Shown here: positions 8,774 through 17,679 of the stretch, in pieces
How the letters are laid out: each line of letters opens with the position of its first letter
Numbering within the stretch: the first letter of the stretch is position 1
Source of the DNA: Ignavibacteriales bacterium
Lineage (GTDB): Bacteria > Bacteroidota > Ignavibacteria > UBA10030 > UBA6906
Direction of reading: 5' to 3'
Length of the DNA: 24,672 nt
Assembly: GCA_037441705.1 (NCBI GenBank)
Contig: JBBIRR010000053.1
Location: 1-24,672 of the forward strand
Notes under the pieces: generated by a model
The model's input: the letters and a program-made list of their open reading frames with translations, nothing else
The model's database searches: none
What the model was told of the DNA's origin: nothing
Made by a program: the position numbers and the translations under genes

Positions 8774-9318
8774 TCCTTCGTCACCGCACTGCCTGTGACG
8801 CGGAAGATTTTGTAGTTCTTCAAATTCTGGTCGCTCTCCAGTCCGTGGCCCATGATGTGTTCGGTCGGCGAAACAATATCCACGAATGCCTGTGTGTATA
8901 CCTTGCGCGTCGAGTTATTCCAGAAGAGCGAGTCGGTGCGCAGTGTCGTCCCGCTATCGGACGTGACAACAACATTGTCGTAGGCGACAAAATCCTGTGT
9001 CGCGTCGTTGACCTTGCCGCGTTTGGCAGTCAGGACGGACGTGTGTTGTTGGTCTGCATCGAAGAAATCGACGCGCACGCTGTCCTCCAGAATCGTGTAG
9101 CGCTGCACTGCAAAGCGAGCAATATGCCCCGCCCACAGGATGGCTTTGATGCGCGCCGAGTCCGAGAACGTAATCGTGCTATTCCAGCTCTCCTGTGAAG
9201 GCAGTTCCGTGTCGGGAAGGGCAACGACGGAAGGTTTGATTTTTTCCTCACACGCCGAGAACACCAGCGCGGCAGCGAACAACGCGGCGCCTGCGACCAG
9301 CGAAGTTTTCGTGCTCAT
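8770..9318 (-). CDS. lptC: LPS export periplasmic protein LptC, lipoprotein-type
   Basis: Lipobox LVFSA-C; LTAKRGKV, DNVVV, LRTDSLFWN and GHGLESDQNL segments typical of LptC; operon context. Confidence 0.88.
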   Translation of the reverse strand: MSTKTSLVAGAALFAAALVFSACEEKIKPSVVALPDTELPSQESWNSTITFSDSARIKAILWAGHIARFAVQRYTILEDSVRVDFFDADQQHTSVLTAKRGKVNDATQDFVAYDNVVVTSDSGTTLRTDSLFWNNSTRKVYTQAFVDIVSPTEHIMGHGLESDQNLKNYKIFRVTGSAVTKE

Positions 9319-10316
9319 CCTATCGCCTCATCTCCTCCCAAACCGGCTTTCACGAGGTCATGCAAATGGACGACGCCGACGGGAAGGTTCTTCTCATCCA
9401 TCACAACGATTTGTGTAATGTTATATGCTTCCATTTCTTGCAGCGCTACAACAGCGAGTGTACCCTGCGGAACGGTTTTAGGTTTTCGCGTCATCACATC
9501 GCCTGCCTTGATCGTCGAGATGTCGCTGGTTTTTTGCAACAGCCGGCGCAGGTCACCGTCGGTGATGAGGCCCGCGAGGCTGCCGTCGGCATTCAGCACG
9601 CATGTGCAGCCAAGCCGCTTTGACGTGATCTCGATGATGGCCTCGCGCAAGTAGACATCGACACCCACACGAGGAATGGCGTCGCCCTTCACCATGAGTT
9701 CATCCACCTTCAGCAGGAGACGTTTGCCCAACACTCCGCCCGGATGGAACAAGGCAAAATCTTCTTCGGAGAATTGCCGCTTGCGCAGCAGTGCGATGGC
9801 GAGCGCATCACCCAACACCAGCGTTGCCGTTGTTGATGAGGTTGGGGCAAGATTATGGGGACAGGCTTCTTCCACAACCGAAGCATCTAACACGACCGTG
9901 GATTCACTGGCGAGTGTCGAGCGAAGACTTCCTAACAGCGACACGATGGGCACGCCCAATCGTTTGAACATCGGGAGAAGGTTGCTCAGTTCTTCCGTGT
10001 TGCCGCTCTTTGAGATGCACACCACCACGTCGCCCCTCCGCACCATGCCGAGGTCACCGTGCACGGCATCGGATGGATGAAGGAAAACGGCAGGGGTTCC
10101 GGTAGAATTCATCGTCGCCACGATCTTGCGCGCGATGATGCCGGACTTGCCGACGCCGGTCACGATCACCCGTCCCTTGCATTCAGACAGCAGCTCGACG
10201 GCGCGCGCAAAGTCTTCGCCGATGCGTGACTCCAGTTGGGAAACTGCATGAGCCTCGATTCGGACGACACGCTTTCCTTCTTCAATGATGTCCAGGGTTT
10301 TCGACGTGTCACTCAT
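9315..10316 (-). CDS. kdsD: Arabinose-5-phosphate isomerase (KpsF/GutQ family, SIS + 2 CBS)
   Basis: TGVGKSG, HPSDAVHGDLG, EACPHNLAPTSST, FHPGGVLG, ITDGDLRR and HLHDL motifs. ATG at 10316 overlaps the upstream stop (ATGA). Confidence 0.95.
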   Translation of the reverse strand: MSDTSKTLDIIEEGKRVVRIEAHAVSQLESRIGEDFARAVELLSECKGRVIVTGVGKSGIIARKIVATMNSTGTPAVFLHPSDAVHGDLGMVRRGDVVVCISKSGNTEELSNLLPMFKRLGVPIVSLLGSLRSTLASESTVVLDASVVEEACPHNLAPTSSTTATLVLGDALAIALLRKRQFSEEDFALFHPGGVLGKRLLLKVDELMVKGDAIPRVGVDVYLREAIIEITSKRLGCTCVLNADGSLAGLITDGDLRRLLQKTSDISTIKAGDVMTRKPKTVPQGTLAVVALQEMEAYNITQIVVMDEKNLPVGVVHLHDLVKAGLGGDEAIG

Positions 10317-11077
10317 CGCTTGAACATTCTCCTGAAGAAGGCCGTCCATCCGCTTTGAGCTGCATGAGGTTCGTCCACAACGAGAGTAACCTTCTTCCAC
10401 ACGGCGTTGTAGGAAATAAACGCGCCTCGCAAATCGGCATCGGAATACCTGTGCAGATCGGTGTAGAACAGCTGCGCCTGCAGGGCGACGTTCGGGTCCC
10501 GAATGCCTTTGTGGAGCATCAGCTCATTGTAGAAATTGGTAATAGGAATGAGATGGTTCATTCCGGTTGTTGCATCATATAACCACACACGGCGATCGTG
10601 CACGGCAATGACAAGAGTAAGAGTTGAAGTAACCTTTACTTCACGCACCGGTGTTTCCGTTGCCGGCGAGGGCATTCCCGGTCGCCACGCCGAGTAGGTC
10701 CACCGCCTCTTCTCCTCAAAATGATCGGGAATTTCTCTCCCGTGTGAAGAAACAATCTCGATGTCGATCTGGTCGCCGACATGTTCTCGGACTGTAATCG
10801 TGTAGGTGTCCTGCGTCGTCTCGACGGCGCCGTAGGCAATCACGGACGCGAGAGGAGAGATCGTGTCCGCCTGGTCTCCCTTCTTGCCGAGGACCAGATT
10901 TCCCGTTCCTCGACGGCCTTCTGCCAGAACGACCATGCCCGCAATACGCCGACGGTATTCGGCATAGCCGGGGCTTTCCTCAGGAAGAACAAACTCCAAC
11001 AGATCTCGTTCTTTTTCCCGCAACGGACGGGGATAGATATCGCTTCGCGATTTCATCACGCGACCGAATGTCATCAT
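10313..11077 (-). CDS. Hypothetical cytoplasmic protein embedded in the Kdo/Lpt operon
   Basis: 254-aa ORF exactly filling the kdsC-kdsD gap with 4-nt overlaps at both ends. Globular composition, no signal peptide or TM segment, no family recognised. Confidence 0.85.
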   Translation of the reverse strand: MMTFGRVMKSRSDIYPRPLREKERDLLEFVLPEESPGYAEYRRRIAGMVVLAEGRRGTGNLVLGKKGDQADTISPLASVIAYGAVETTQDTYTITVREHVGDQIDIEIVSSHGREIPDHFEEKRRWTYSAWRPGMPSPATETPVREVKVTSTLTLVIAVHDRRVWLYDATTGMNHLIPITNFYNELMLHKGIRDPNVALQAQLFYTDLHRYSDADLRGAFISYNAVWKKVTLVVDEPHAAQSGWTAFFRRMFKR

Positions 11078-11577
11078 CGTTTTTGCGCGGCGAGGATGAA
11101 ATCAATCAGTTCCCGAACGGCTCCCTCACCGCCTCGCGCACGGCACACGAAATGCACGCGCCGTCTTACTTCGTCGCGGGCATTGGCCGGCGCAGCCGAA
11201 AATCCGACAGCGGAAAGCAGCGGCAAATCGAACAGATCATCTCCCATAAAACAACACTCGCTGTCGGTGAGGCGGTGGCGGCGTTTGATATCCTCGAACA
11301 CCGCAAGCTTGTCGTCGCTGCCCTGATGCACCTCCCGGATCTTCAGGTCTTTTGCCCGCCGCGTCACGACGGGCGTATCGCGCCCGCTGATGATGCCGAG
11401 GGCAAGCCCGTGTTCGCGCGCCCGAGCAATGCCGTAGCCATCCTGCGCGTTGAAGCGTTTCATCTCCGCGCCCGACGCTGTGTAATAGATTCCGCCATCC
11501 GTCATCACGCCGTCCACATCCAGCAGAATGAGCTTGATGCGCCGCGCTTTCGCGATGAGTGCTCGCTGCGTCAGCAC
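11074..11577 (-). CDS. kdsC: KDO 8-phosphate phosphatase (HAD family)
   Basis: LDVDGVMTDG, FNAQDGYGI, IISGR, GDDLFD and GGEGAVRELID motifs. Likely start GTG at 11577 with AGGAGG upstream. Confidence 0.93.
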   Translation of the reverse strand: MLTQRALIAKARRIKLILLDVDGVMTDGGIYYTASGAEMKRFNAQDGYGIARAREHGLALGIISGRDTPVVTRRAKDLKIREVHQGSDDKLAVFEDIKRRHRLTDSECCFMGDDLFDLPLLSAVGFSAAPANARDEVRRRVHFVCRARGGEGAVRELIDFILAAQKR

Positions 11578-11608
11578 GAGGCGACGACCTCCTTCTGCTG
11601 CCCGCCGC

Positions 11609-12475
11609 TCACGCACGCTCCCACGTTTTGATGAGCCGATCAATCTCGGTCACCTGCCGCAGCAGATCGTCCAGCAAATCCAGCCGCAGTTGACTCGCAG
11701 CATCGCTCAGAGCCTCAGGCGGATGGGGATGGACTTCGACAAACAGTCCGTCAATGCCGACTGCGGCCCCGGCGCGTGCCAGCGGTGCAATGAACTCCGG
11801 TTGCCCCGCTGTCTGCGCCGTGCGTGTGTCGCCGGCCGGCAGCTGCACCGAATGCGTCGCGTCGAGGACAACGGGGTAGCCCAGATCGCGCATGATCTTC
11901 AACGAACGCATATCCACCACGAGATTGTGGTAGCCGAATGTTGTGCCGCGTTCGGTGAAGAGTATGCGGGTGTTTCCGGTTTCTTCAATTTTTGCTGCCG
12001 CGTGCTTCATGTCTTCCGGCGCCAGAAACTGTCCCTTCTTGATGTTCACCACGCGACCCGTCCGACCGGCAGCGCGCAGTAACTCCGTCTGACGGCAGAG
12101 GAAAGCCGGGATCTGGAGAACATCGGCCACTTCTGCGGCAACGGCAGCTTCAGCTTCCGCGTGGATGTCGGTAAGAATCGGAAGGTCGAACGCCTTCTTC
12201 GCTTCCTCCAAAATTTTCAGCGCTTCATCCATTCCGATGCCAACGAATGACCTGCCGCTCGTGCGATTCGCCTTCTTGTACGAGGACTTGAACACAACGG
12301 GCGTCGAAAACCTTTCGGCAGCGCGCTTGACACCCTCGGCCGTGCGCAGGACAAGGTCACGATTTTCGACCACACACGGGCCGGCGAACAGAACCAGACG
12401 CTCTCCTCCGCCAATCAGGATATTTCTTATCGGCACCAATGTTGCGCGCTCCATGGGAAGCTTCTCATACCGCAT
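11609..12475 (-). CDS. kdsA: KDO 8-phosphate synthase
   Basis: AGPCVVE (metal-dependent class Cys), KSSYKKANRTS, QIPAFLCRQT, KKGQF, ERG, DATHSVQLP and EVHP..ALSD motifs. Start may be 12454. Confidence 0.97.
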   Translation of the reverse strand: MRYEKLPMERATLVPIRNILIGGGERLVLFAGPCVVENRDLVLRTAEGVKRAAERFSTPVVFKSSYKKANRTSGRSFVGIGMDEALKILEEAKKAFDLPILTDIHAEAEAAVAAEVADVLQIPAFLCRQTELLRAAGRTGRVVNIKKGQFLAPEDMKHAAAKIEETGNTRILFTERGTTFGYHNLVVDMRSLKIMRDLGYPVVLDATHSVQLPAGDTRTAQTAGQPEFIAPLARAGAAVGIDGLFVEVHPHPPEALSDAASQLRLDLLDDLLRQVTEIDRLIKTWERA

Positions 12476-13982
12476 CGGGGTTGGCGACGCCGAGCACTTT
12501 CTCCTGCTTTGCCATGATAACGGAGACTACTGCATCGCCAGAAACATTTAACACCGTCCGGCACATGTCGAGAAATCTATCGACTCCGAGAATAAGGGCG
12601 ATGCCCTCCTCGGGCACATGCACCGACCGCAGTACGATGATGAGCATGACAATGCCGACGCCCGGCACGGGAGCGGTACCGATGGAGGCCAGCACCGCTG
12701 TGAGAATGATCGTAAGCTGCGCACCAAGATTCAAGTCAATCCCGTACACCTGCGCAATGAACACTGTGGCTACGGCCTGGTACATCGAGGTGCCGTCCAT
12801 GTTGATTGTGGCGCCGAGGGGCAGAACAAAGCTCGTGATTTGCTTGGGGACGCCGAGATTCTTCTCGCATGCGTCCATGTTGACGGGCAGTGTCGCGGCG
12901 CTCGAGCTGGAGCTGAAGGCGATCAGCATCACCTCCTTGATGCCCCGGAAGAAGGTCATCGGGTTCATGCCGCCCAGTGTTCGAACCAGGATGCCGAGTG
13001 TGACGAACTGATGCAGTGTGTACGCCACCAAAAGCGTGATCACATACCAGCCGAGCGTCTGAAGGATATCGAAACCGAATTCTCCGACCACCGCCGAGAT
13101 GAGGGCAAACACGCCGTACGGCGCGATCACCAGAATCATCTCCACCATCCGAATCATCGTCTCGCTCAGGCCGTCGAAAAAGGAAATGACCGGCCCGCTC
13201 TTATTCTGCGGAACGAGCGTCAGCGACACGCCCACCATCAACGCAAAGAAAATGATCGCAAGCATGTCGGCTCGTGCCAATGCTTCCATCGGGTTCGTCG
13301 GCACGATGCGCAGGATGGTATCCACCAAATCGACGGAAGTTTCTTGTTGGATTTTCTCGGCGATGTTGTGCTCGTAATTCACCATCAACTTCTCCCGCGC
13401 CTCGGCACTGAGACGCGTGCCGGGCTGCAGGGCGTTGACCATCACCAAACCCAGCGTAATCGCCGAAACAATCGTGACAAGATAGAACATCACTGTCTTG
13501 CCACCAATCCGGCCTACCTTCCGGATGTCACCGAGACTTGCAGCCCCCACCAACAACGACGAGAGAACAAGTGGAATTGCAACAAACATCAGGAGACGAA
13601 TGAAGATGGTGCCGACAGGCTTGATGAGAACGGCGATCGTCTTGACTTTCTCGATGTTCGTGACATCCGTGAAGCTGCGCTGCTCGGCGTTTTCCAGCCC
13701 GGCCAGCACACGGAGCTTGGACCTCTCGGCGGGCGAAAGCCTGCCGAAGAAAGTGAGGATTTTCAATTGATCCTCAGGCCCGAACGACGCGCGCACCTCG
13801 TTCGTCTCTCGATCAACGAATGCAAACGAGCGCCATCGCTCCACGACCGCCGCCTGTGTTTCATGCCTGTCGATGCGCGAAATGACTTCCAGTTTGTACT
13901 TGCTGATGTTGAACACCGCGCCGAACACGGCGCCCAGAACCAACGCGAGGAGAATCTTGTGGTGAAGCTTCAAGGTTGGCAT
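12465..13982 (-). CDS. Dicarboxylate/amino acid:cation symporter (SLC1/GltP-GltPh family), probably Na+-coupled glutamate/aspartate uptake
   Basis: AFSSSSSAATLP, PLGATINMDGT, IGTAPVPG and GVDRFLDMCRTVLNVSGD motifs; multiple TM segments. Confidence 0.93.
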   Translation of the reverse strand: MPTLKLHHKILLALVLGAVFGAVFNISKYKLEVISRIDRHETQAAVVERWRSFAFVDRETNEVRASFGPEDQLKILTFFGRLSPAERSKLRVLAGLENAEQRSFTDVTNIEKVKTIAVLIKPVGTIFIRLLMFVAIPLVLSSLLVGAASLGDIRKVGRIGGKTVMFYLVTIVSAITLGLVMVNALQPGTRLSAEAREKLMVNYEHNIAEKIQQETSVDLVDTILRIVPTNPMEALARADMLAIIFFALMVGVSLTLVPQNKSGPVISFFDGLSETMIRMVEMILVIAPYGVFALISAVVGEFGFDILQTLGWYVITLLVAYTLHQFVTLGILVRTLGGMNPMTFFRGIKEVMLIAFSSSSSAATLPVNMDACEKNLGVPKQITSFVLPLGATINMDGTSMYQAVATVFIAQVYGIDLNLGAQLTIILTAVLASIGTAPVPGVGIVMLIIVLRSVHVPEEGIALILGVDRFLDMCRTVLNVSGDAVVSVIMAKQEKVLGVANPDAV

Positions 13983-14125
13983 GCAGCAGGCTCGCGCCTC
14001 ATGGGATGTACGGATCGTTGTTGGACTGACAAACGCGGTGATATGATACGAAAAAGGTGATTGAATGAAAAGGGCTTACCTGTACTCTGTCATCGGATTT
14101 CGCTATACTGTTGCGTGGACGAACT

Positions 14126-14995
14126 ATGAGCGATTCCTCGAAGACGATATTCCCAGCGTACGCGAAGATCAACCTCGGCCTCAGGATTGTTTCGCGCCGT
14201 CCCGACGGCTTCCACAACATCGAAACAGTGTTCCATCGCATCAATCTGTATGATGAGATCGAGTTCCTGCCCTCGCCGGACATACAGGTTGAAAGCTCGA
14301 CGCGCGAAGTACCCGGCGACGTTTCCAACTTATGCCACCGTGCTGCGAAATATCTGCAGGACGTACTCAAGCCCGACACCGGCGTTCACATCCGTTTGCT
14401 CAAGAGAATCCCGACCGGTGCGGGCCTCGGCGGCGGAAGTTCCGACGCTGCTGCGGTACTTTCGAAGCTGCCGTCGTTCTGGAACCGCACGGCAGATAGC
14501 AAGACCCTTCACGAGTTGGCCGTGCTTCTTGGGGCCGACGTTCCCTTCTTTCTCGGTACAGGATCGGCGTTAGGGAAAGGACGCGGCGAGGTGTTAGAAT
14601 TCTTCTCGCTCGATATACCTTACTGGATTCTGCTCTGCAATCCCCGAATCCATATCTCCACCGCTTGGGCCTTCCGCCAAGTCCATGTTCGCACGCGCAG
14701 CGACGCACGCGACCTGCGGGAGATTCTCAGCGAGGGACTTCACACACCCGACGTGCTTGGCAAGGAGCTGATGAACGATTTCGAACCTGTGGTATTTCCC
14801 CTGTACCCGATGCTGCGGGAGATAAAGGAGGAGATGCTGCGCGGCGGGGCAGTCTATGCGGCAATGTCGGGGAGCGGATCATCAATGTACGGGTTCTATC
14901 GGACGGAGGCAGAAGCGCGCGCAGCCGCCGACGCCTTTACAGCGCGAGGCTACTTAGCGTGCCTCACGGCGCCGCATTTTCAGGTGCAGCCATAG
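14126..14995 (+). CDS. ispE: 4-diphosphocytidyl-2-C-methyl-D-erythritol kinase
   Basis: AYAKINLGL, DGFHNIET, KRIPTGAGLGGGSSDAA, LGADVPFF, NDFE and MSGSGSS motifs. Confidence 0.97.
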   Translation: MSDSSKTIFPAYAKINLGLRIVSRRPDGFHNIETVFHRINLYDEIEFLPSPDIQVESSTREVPGDVSNLCHRAAKYLQDVLKPDTGVHIRLLKRIPTGAGLGGGSSDAAAVLSKLPSFWNRTADSKTLHELAVLLGADVPFFLGTGSALGKGRGEVLEFFSLDIPYWILLCNPRIHISTAWAFRQVHVRTRSDARDLREILSEGLHTPDVLGKELMNDFEPVVFPLYPMLREIKEEMLRGGAVYAAMSGSGSSMYGFYRTEAEARAAADAFTARGYLACLTAPHFQVQP

Positions 14996-14999
14996 CGCA

Positions 15000-17231
15000 T
15001 CAAGCCGACACGGCGTCGGCCTCTGCTGCAAGCACTTCGCGTACGCGATTGAGAATCTCATCAGGCATGTACGGCTTCTGGACCAGATCCAGCGCTCCGC
15101 CGTTTATCAGATTCTCGCGCAGCGTTTGGTCAATGTAGCCGCTGGCAAAAATCACTTTCACATTGGGATTGATCTCGCGCATGTGTTGGAATGCCTCCCA
15201 TCCATCGATCTTGGGAAGGCCGAGATCGATAAGGACCAGATCGATGTCTCGCCAATGCTGCGCGTACGCATCAAGCGCGTGCCGGCCGTCGGTGGCGGTC
15301 AGCACCGTGTAGCCTCTGCCCGCCAGCAGATCTCGCACAAGGTCAAGCAACATCTCCTCATCTTCAACAACGAGAACTGTCCCCTTCAGTGAAGTCTGCG
15401 CGTCAGTCGTGTTGCCTGAACTCGATTCCATGTCCATTTCCTCTCGACGAATTGGAAAATACAAGCCGAAACTCGTTCCCGCACCCACCTGGCTCTCGAC
15501 CTCGACGAATCCCTTGTGACTTCTCGTGACTCCGTAAACCACGGCCAACCCCAGACCCGTCCCCTTGCCGATTTCCTTCGTCGTGAAGAACGGCTCGAAC
15601 ATACGATTGAGAACTTCGGGCGGCATGCCCGTCCCGGTATCCGACACACGGATGCACGCATACAGGTGGTCATGCGCTTCGGGGTGGCGTTCACGCAGGA
15701 ACTGTCCGCGCACGAGTTTGCTCTCGATGGTCAGCGTGCCGCCGTTGGGCATGGCATCGCGGGAGTTCACACACAGGTTGAGAATCGCTTGATGTACCTG
15801 GCTCTGATCGGCAATGGTGGTAGGAAGAGCAGGGTCAAGCTTCAGCACAAAATCGATGGTACGCGGGAACGTCTCCACCAGCATCTTGTGCAGATCTTCA
15901 ATGACGTGATTGAGATTCACGGCTTCGAACACGACCTCATTGCGCCGTGCAAACGTGAGGATTTGTTCGACCAGCTTCGAACCGCGTTGCGCTGCGCGAT
16001 TGATCGTCTCGACGCTTCTTGCCTGCTTGATCAACTCCGGTTCCCCGCGCATCAGAATCTGCGCATGCCCCATGATGATGGCGAGGATGTTGTTGAAATC
16101 GTGAGCAATGCCACCCGCAAGCGTACCGATACTTTCCATCTTCTGAGCCTGCCGCAGCTGTTCTTCTAACATCTTATGCCGCGTGTTATCGAACACATAT
16201 CCCTTGATCTCGACAAGCTGCCCTTGCGGATCGAACCTTCCGATAAGATTCTGGATGATGTAGACCGGCGACCCATCGAACCGCCGGAGCTGGATCTCAT
16301 GATGCTCCAGCTTGGAATTCAAATGCACGAGGTCGCGCACCTCGGCAAAGACGCGGGATTTCGGATACAGAGCCACCAGGTTGTACCGGAGCGCGTCTTC
16401 GACCGAACCGAAGCCGAAGATGCGAGCAAACGAAGGGTTGCACGCAAGCAGTTTCCCATCGGGTCGTGCGATGAAGGCGCCTGCCAGATCCTCGTCGAAG
16501 AACTGACGATATTTCTCTTCGCTCGCGCGCAGCGCTTCCTCGGCAGCTTTCTTCTCTGTGATATCACGAGCAACCGCAACAACGCCGGTCATTTCGCCGT
16601 TGGAGTCTCGCACAAAAGACTTCGAGAGGGAGACGTAGAACCATGAGCCGTCCTTGCGCCACTGCTTGCATTCTCCACTCTCACGCTCTTCACCGAGCAT
16701 CGAGGCCGGCTTGCCAATCACCTCTTCGGCAGCAAATCCGTAGGTGTGTTGAAATGCTTGATTCACGAATCGGATGATGCCCTGCGTGTCCGTTATGTAC
16801 ACGCTGTCGTTGATGTGCATGACGGCGTGCAGGAGCATTTTCATCTGCTTATCCGCCCGATAGCTCTGGACGGCTTTGTCCACCGTGAGGGGAAGAACCT
16901 TGAGATAGTTCCGTTCGGCATCCTTGATGATATAGTCGTACGCGCCGGACTTCAAGGCCTTCACGGCAATCTCCTCATTGCCTGCGCCGGTAATAACGAT
17001 GAGGGGAGTTCCTTTCGCAGCCGCACACACATCGAGGGCGGTGCCGTCTCCCAGGTTGTAATCGGAGATGATGATGTCGAATTCCTGACTCTTCAGTGCG
17101 GCAAGCGCGCCGGCGAGCGACCTGACCATTTCGTATTTGTAAGGGAGCTTTTCCTGGTCCAGGTGCCGCTTGAACGCGAGTTGGTCGATCCTGTCGTCCT
17201 CAATCAACAATATGCGGATCGGTTCCATCAT
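15000..17231 (-). CDS. Cytoplasmic hybrid histidine kinase, REC-PAS-PAS-HisKA-HATPase-REC (CckA-like kinase core)
   Basis: N-terminal REC (ILLIEDD, ISDYNL, ITG); two PAS domains (RKDG, RDITE); H-box [23 protein letters not shown]; [24 protein letters not shown] and GTGLGL; C-terminal REC (VVEDEE, LIDLGLP). Confidence 0.95.
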   Translation of the reverse strand: MMEPIRILLIEDDRIDQLAFKRHLDQEKLPYKYEMVRSLAGALAALKSQEFDIIISDYNLGDGTALDVCAAAKGTPLIVITGAGNEEIAVKALKSGAYDYIIKDAERNYLKVLPLTVDKAVQSYRADKQMKMLLHAVMHINDSVYITDTQGIIRFVNQAFQHTYGFAAEEVIGKPASMLGEERESGECKQWRKDGSWFYVSLSKSFVRDSNGEMTGVVAVARDITEKKAAEEALRASEEKYRQFFDEDLAGAFIARPDGKLLACNPSFARIFGFGSVEDALRYNLVALYPKSRVFAEVRDLVHLNSKLEHHEIQLRRFDGSPVYIIQNLIGRFDPQGQLVEIKGYVFDNTRHKMLEEQLRQAQKMESIGTLAGGIAHDFNNILAIIMGHAQILMRGEPELIKQARSVETINRAAQRGSKLVEQILTFARRNEVVFEAVNLNHVIEDLHKMLVETFPRTIDFVLKLDPALPTTIADQSQVHQAILNLCVNSRDAMPNGGTLTIESKLVRGQFLRERHPEAHDHLYACIRVSDTGTGMPPEVLNRMFEPFFTTKEIGKGTGLGLAVVYGVTRSHKGFVEVESQVGAGTSFGLYFPIRREEMDMESSSGNTTDAQTSLKGTVLVVEDEEMLLDLVRDLLAGRGYTVLTATDGRHALDAYAQHWRDIDLVLIDLGLPKIDGWEAFQHMREINPNVKVIFASGYIDQTLRENLINGGALDLVQKPYMPDEILNRVREVLAAEADAVSA

Positions 17232-17247
17232 GTTTGCCTCTGAGTGT

Positions 17248-17667
17248 TCATTCGGGCAGTTCGCTCAGCGTCCAATACAGGTTGATGCTGCGAACAACCT
17301 CGACGAACTGCGGGTACTCCACCGGCTTGATCATGTAACCCGCGACGGAAAGGTTGAACGTTTCGAGACGATCCTGCTCATCCCGGGATGTGGTGAGAAC
17401 AACCGCAGGAATGCGGCGGAGGCGTGCATCCTGCTTGAGGCTGCGCAGCAATTCGATGCCGTTCATTCGGGGCATGTTGAGGTCCAGAAGAATGATGCAG
17501 GGTAAGCTTCGTGCCTCTTCGCGCAAGTACACGAGCGCTTCCTCGCCGTTTCGTTTGACAATCAGGGCGTTCGTGACGTTCAGATCCTTCAAGGCTCGCT
17601 TCACCGTCATCGCATCCACAACATCGTCTTCGACGAGAAGAATTGCCTGCTCCGATTTCATGTCCAT
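17248..17667 (-). CDS. Single-domain response regulator, Rcp1/CphA-cognate type
   Basis: ILLVEDD, IILLDLNMPRMNG, IPAVVLTTS, YMIKPV and the C-terminal INLYW characteristic of Rcp1-like receivers. RBS GGAG upstream; start 17667 or 17661. Confidence 0.93.
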   Translation of the reverse strand: MDMKSEQAILLVEDDVVDAMTVKRALKDLNVTNALIVKRNGEEALVYLREEARSLPCIILLDLNMPRMNGIELLRSLKQDARLRRIPAVVLTTSRDEQDRLETFNLSVAGYMIKPVEYPQFVEVVRSINLYWTLSELPE

Positions 17668-17679
17668 TGATTCTCCGTT

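Noticed and set aside
12618-14060. 480-aa plus-strand ORF antisense to the symporter
   Set aside because: In-register antisense shadow of a hydrophobic, GC3-biased gene (rich in H, R, Q, D); no recognisable motifs.
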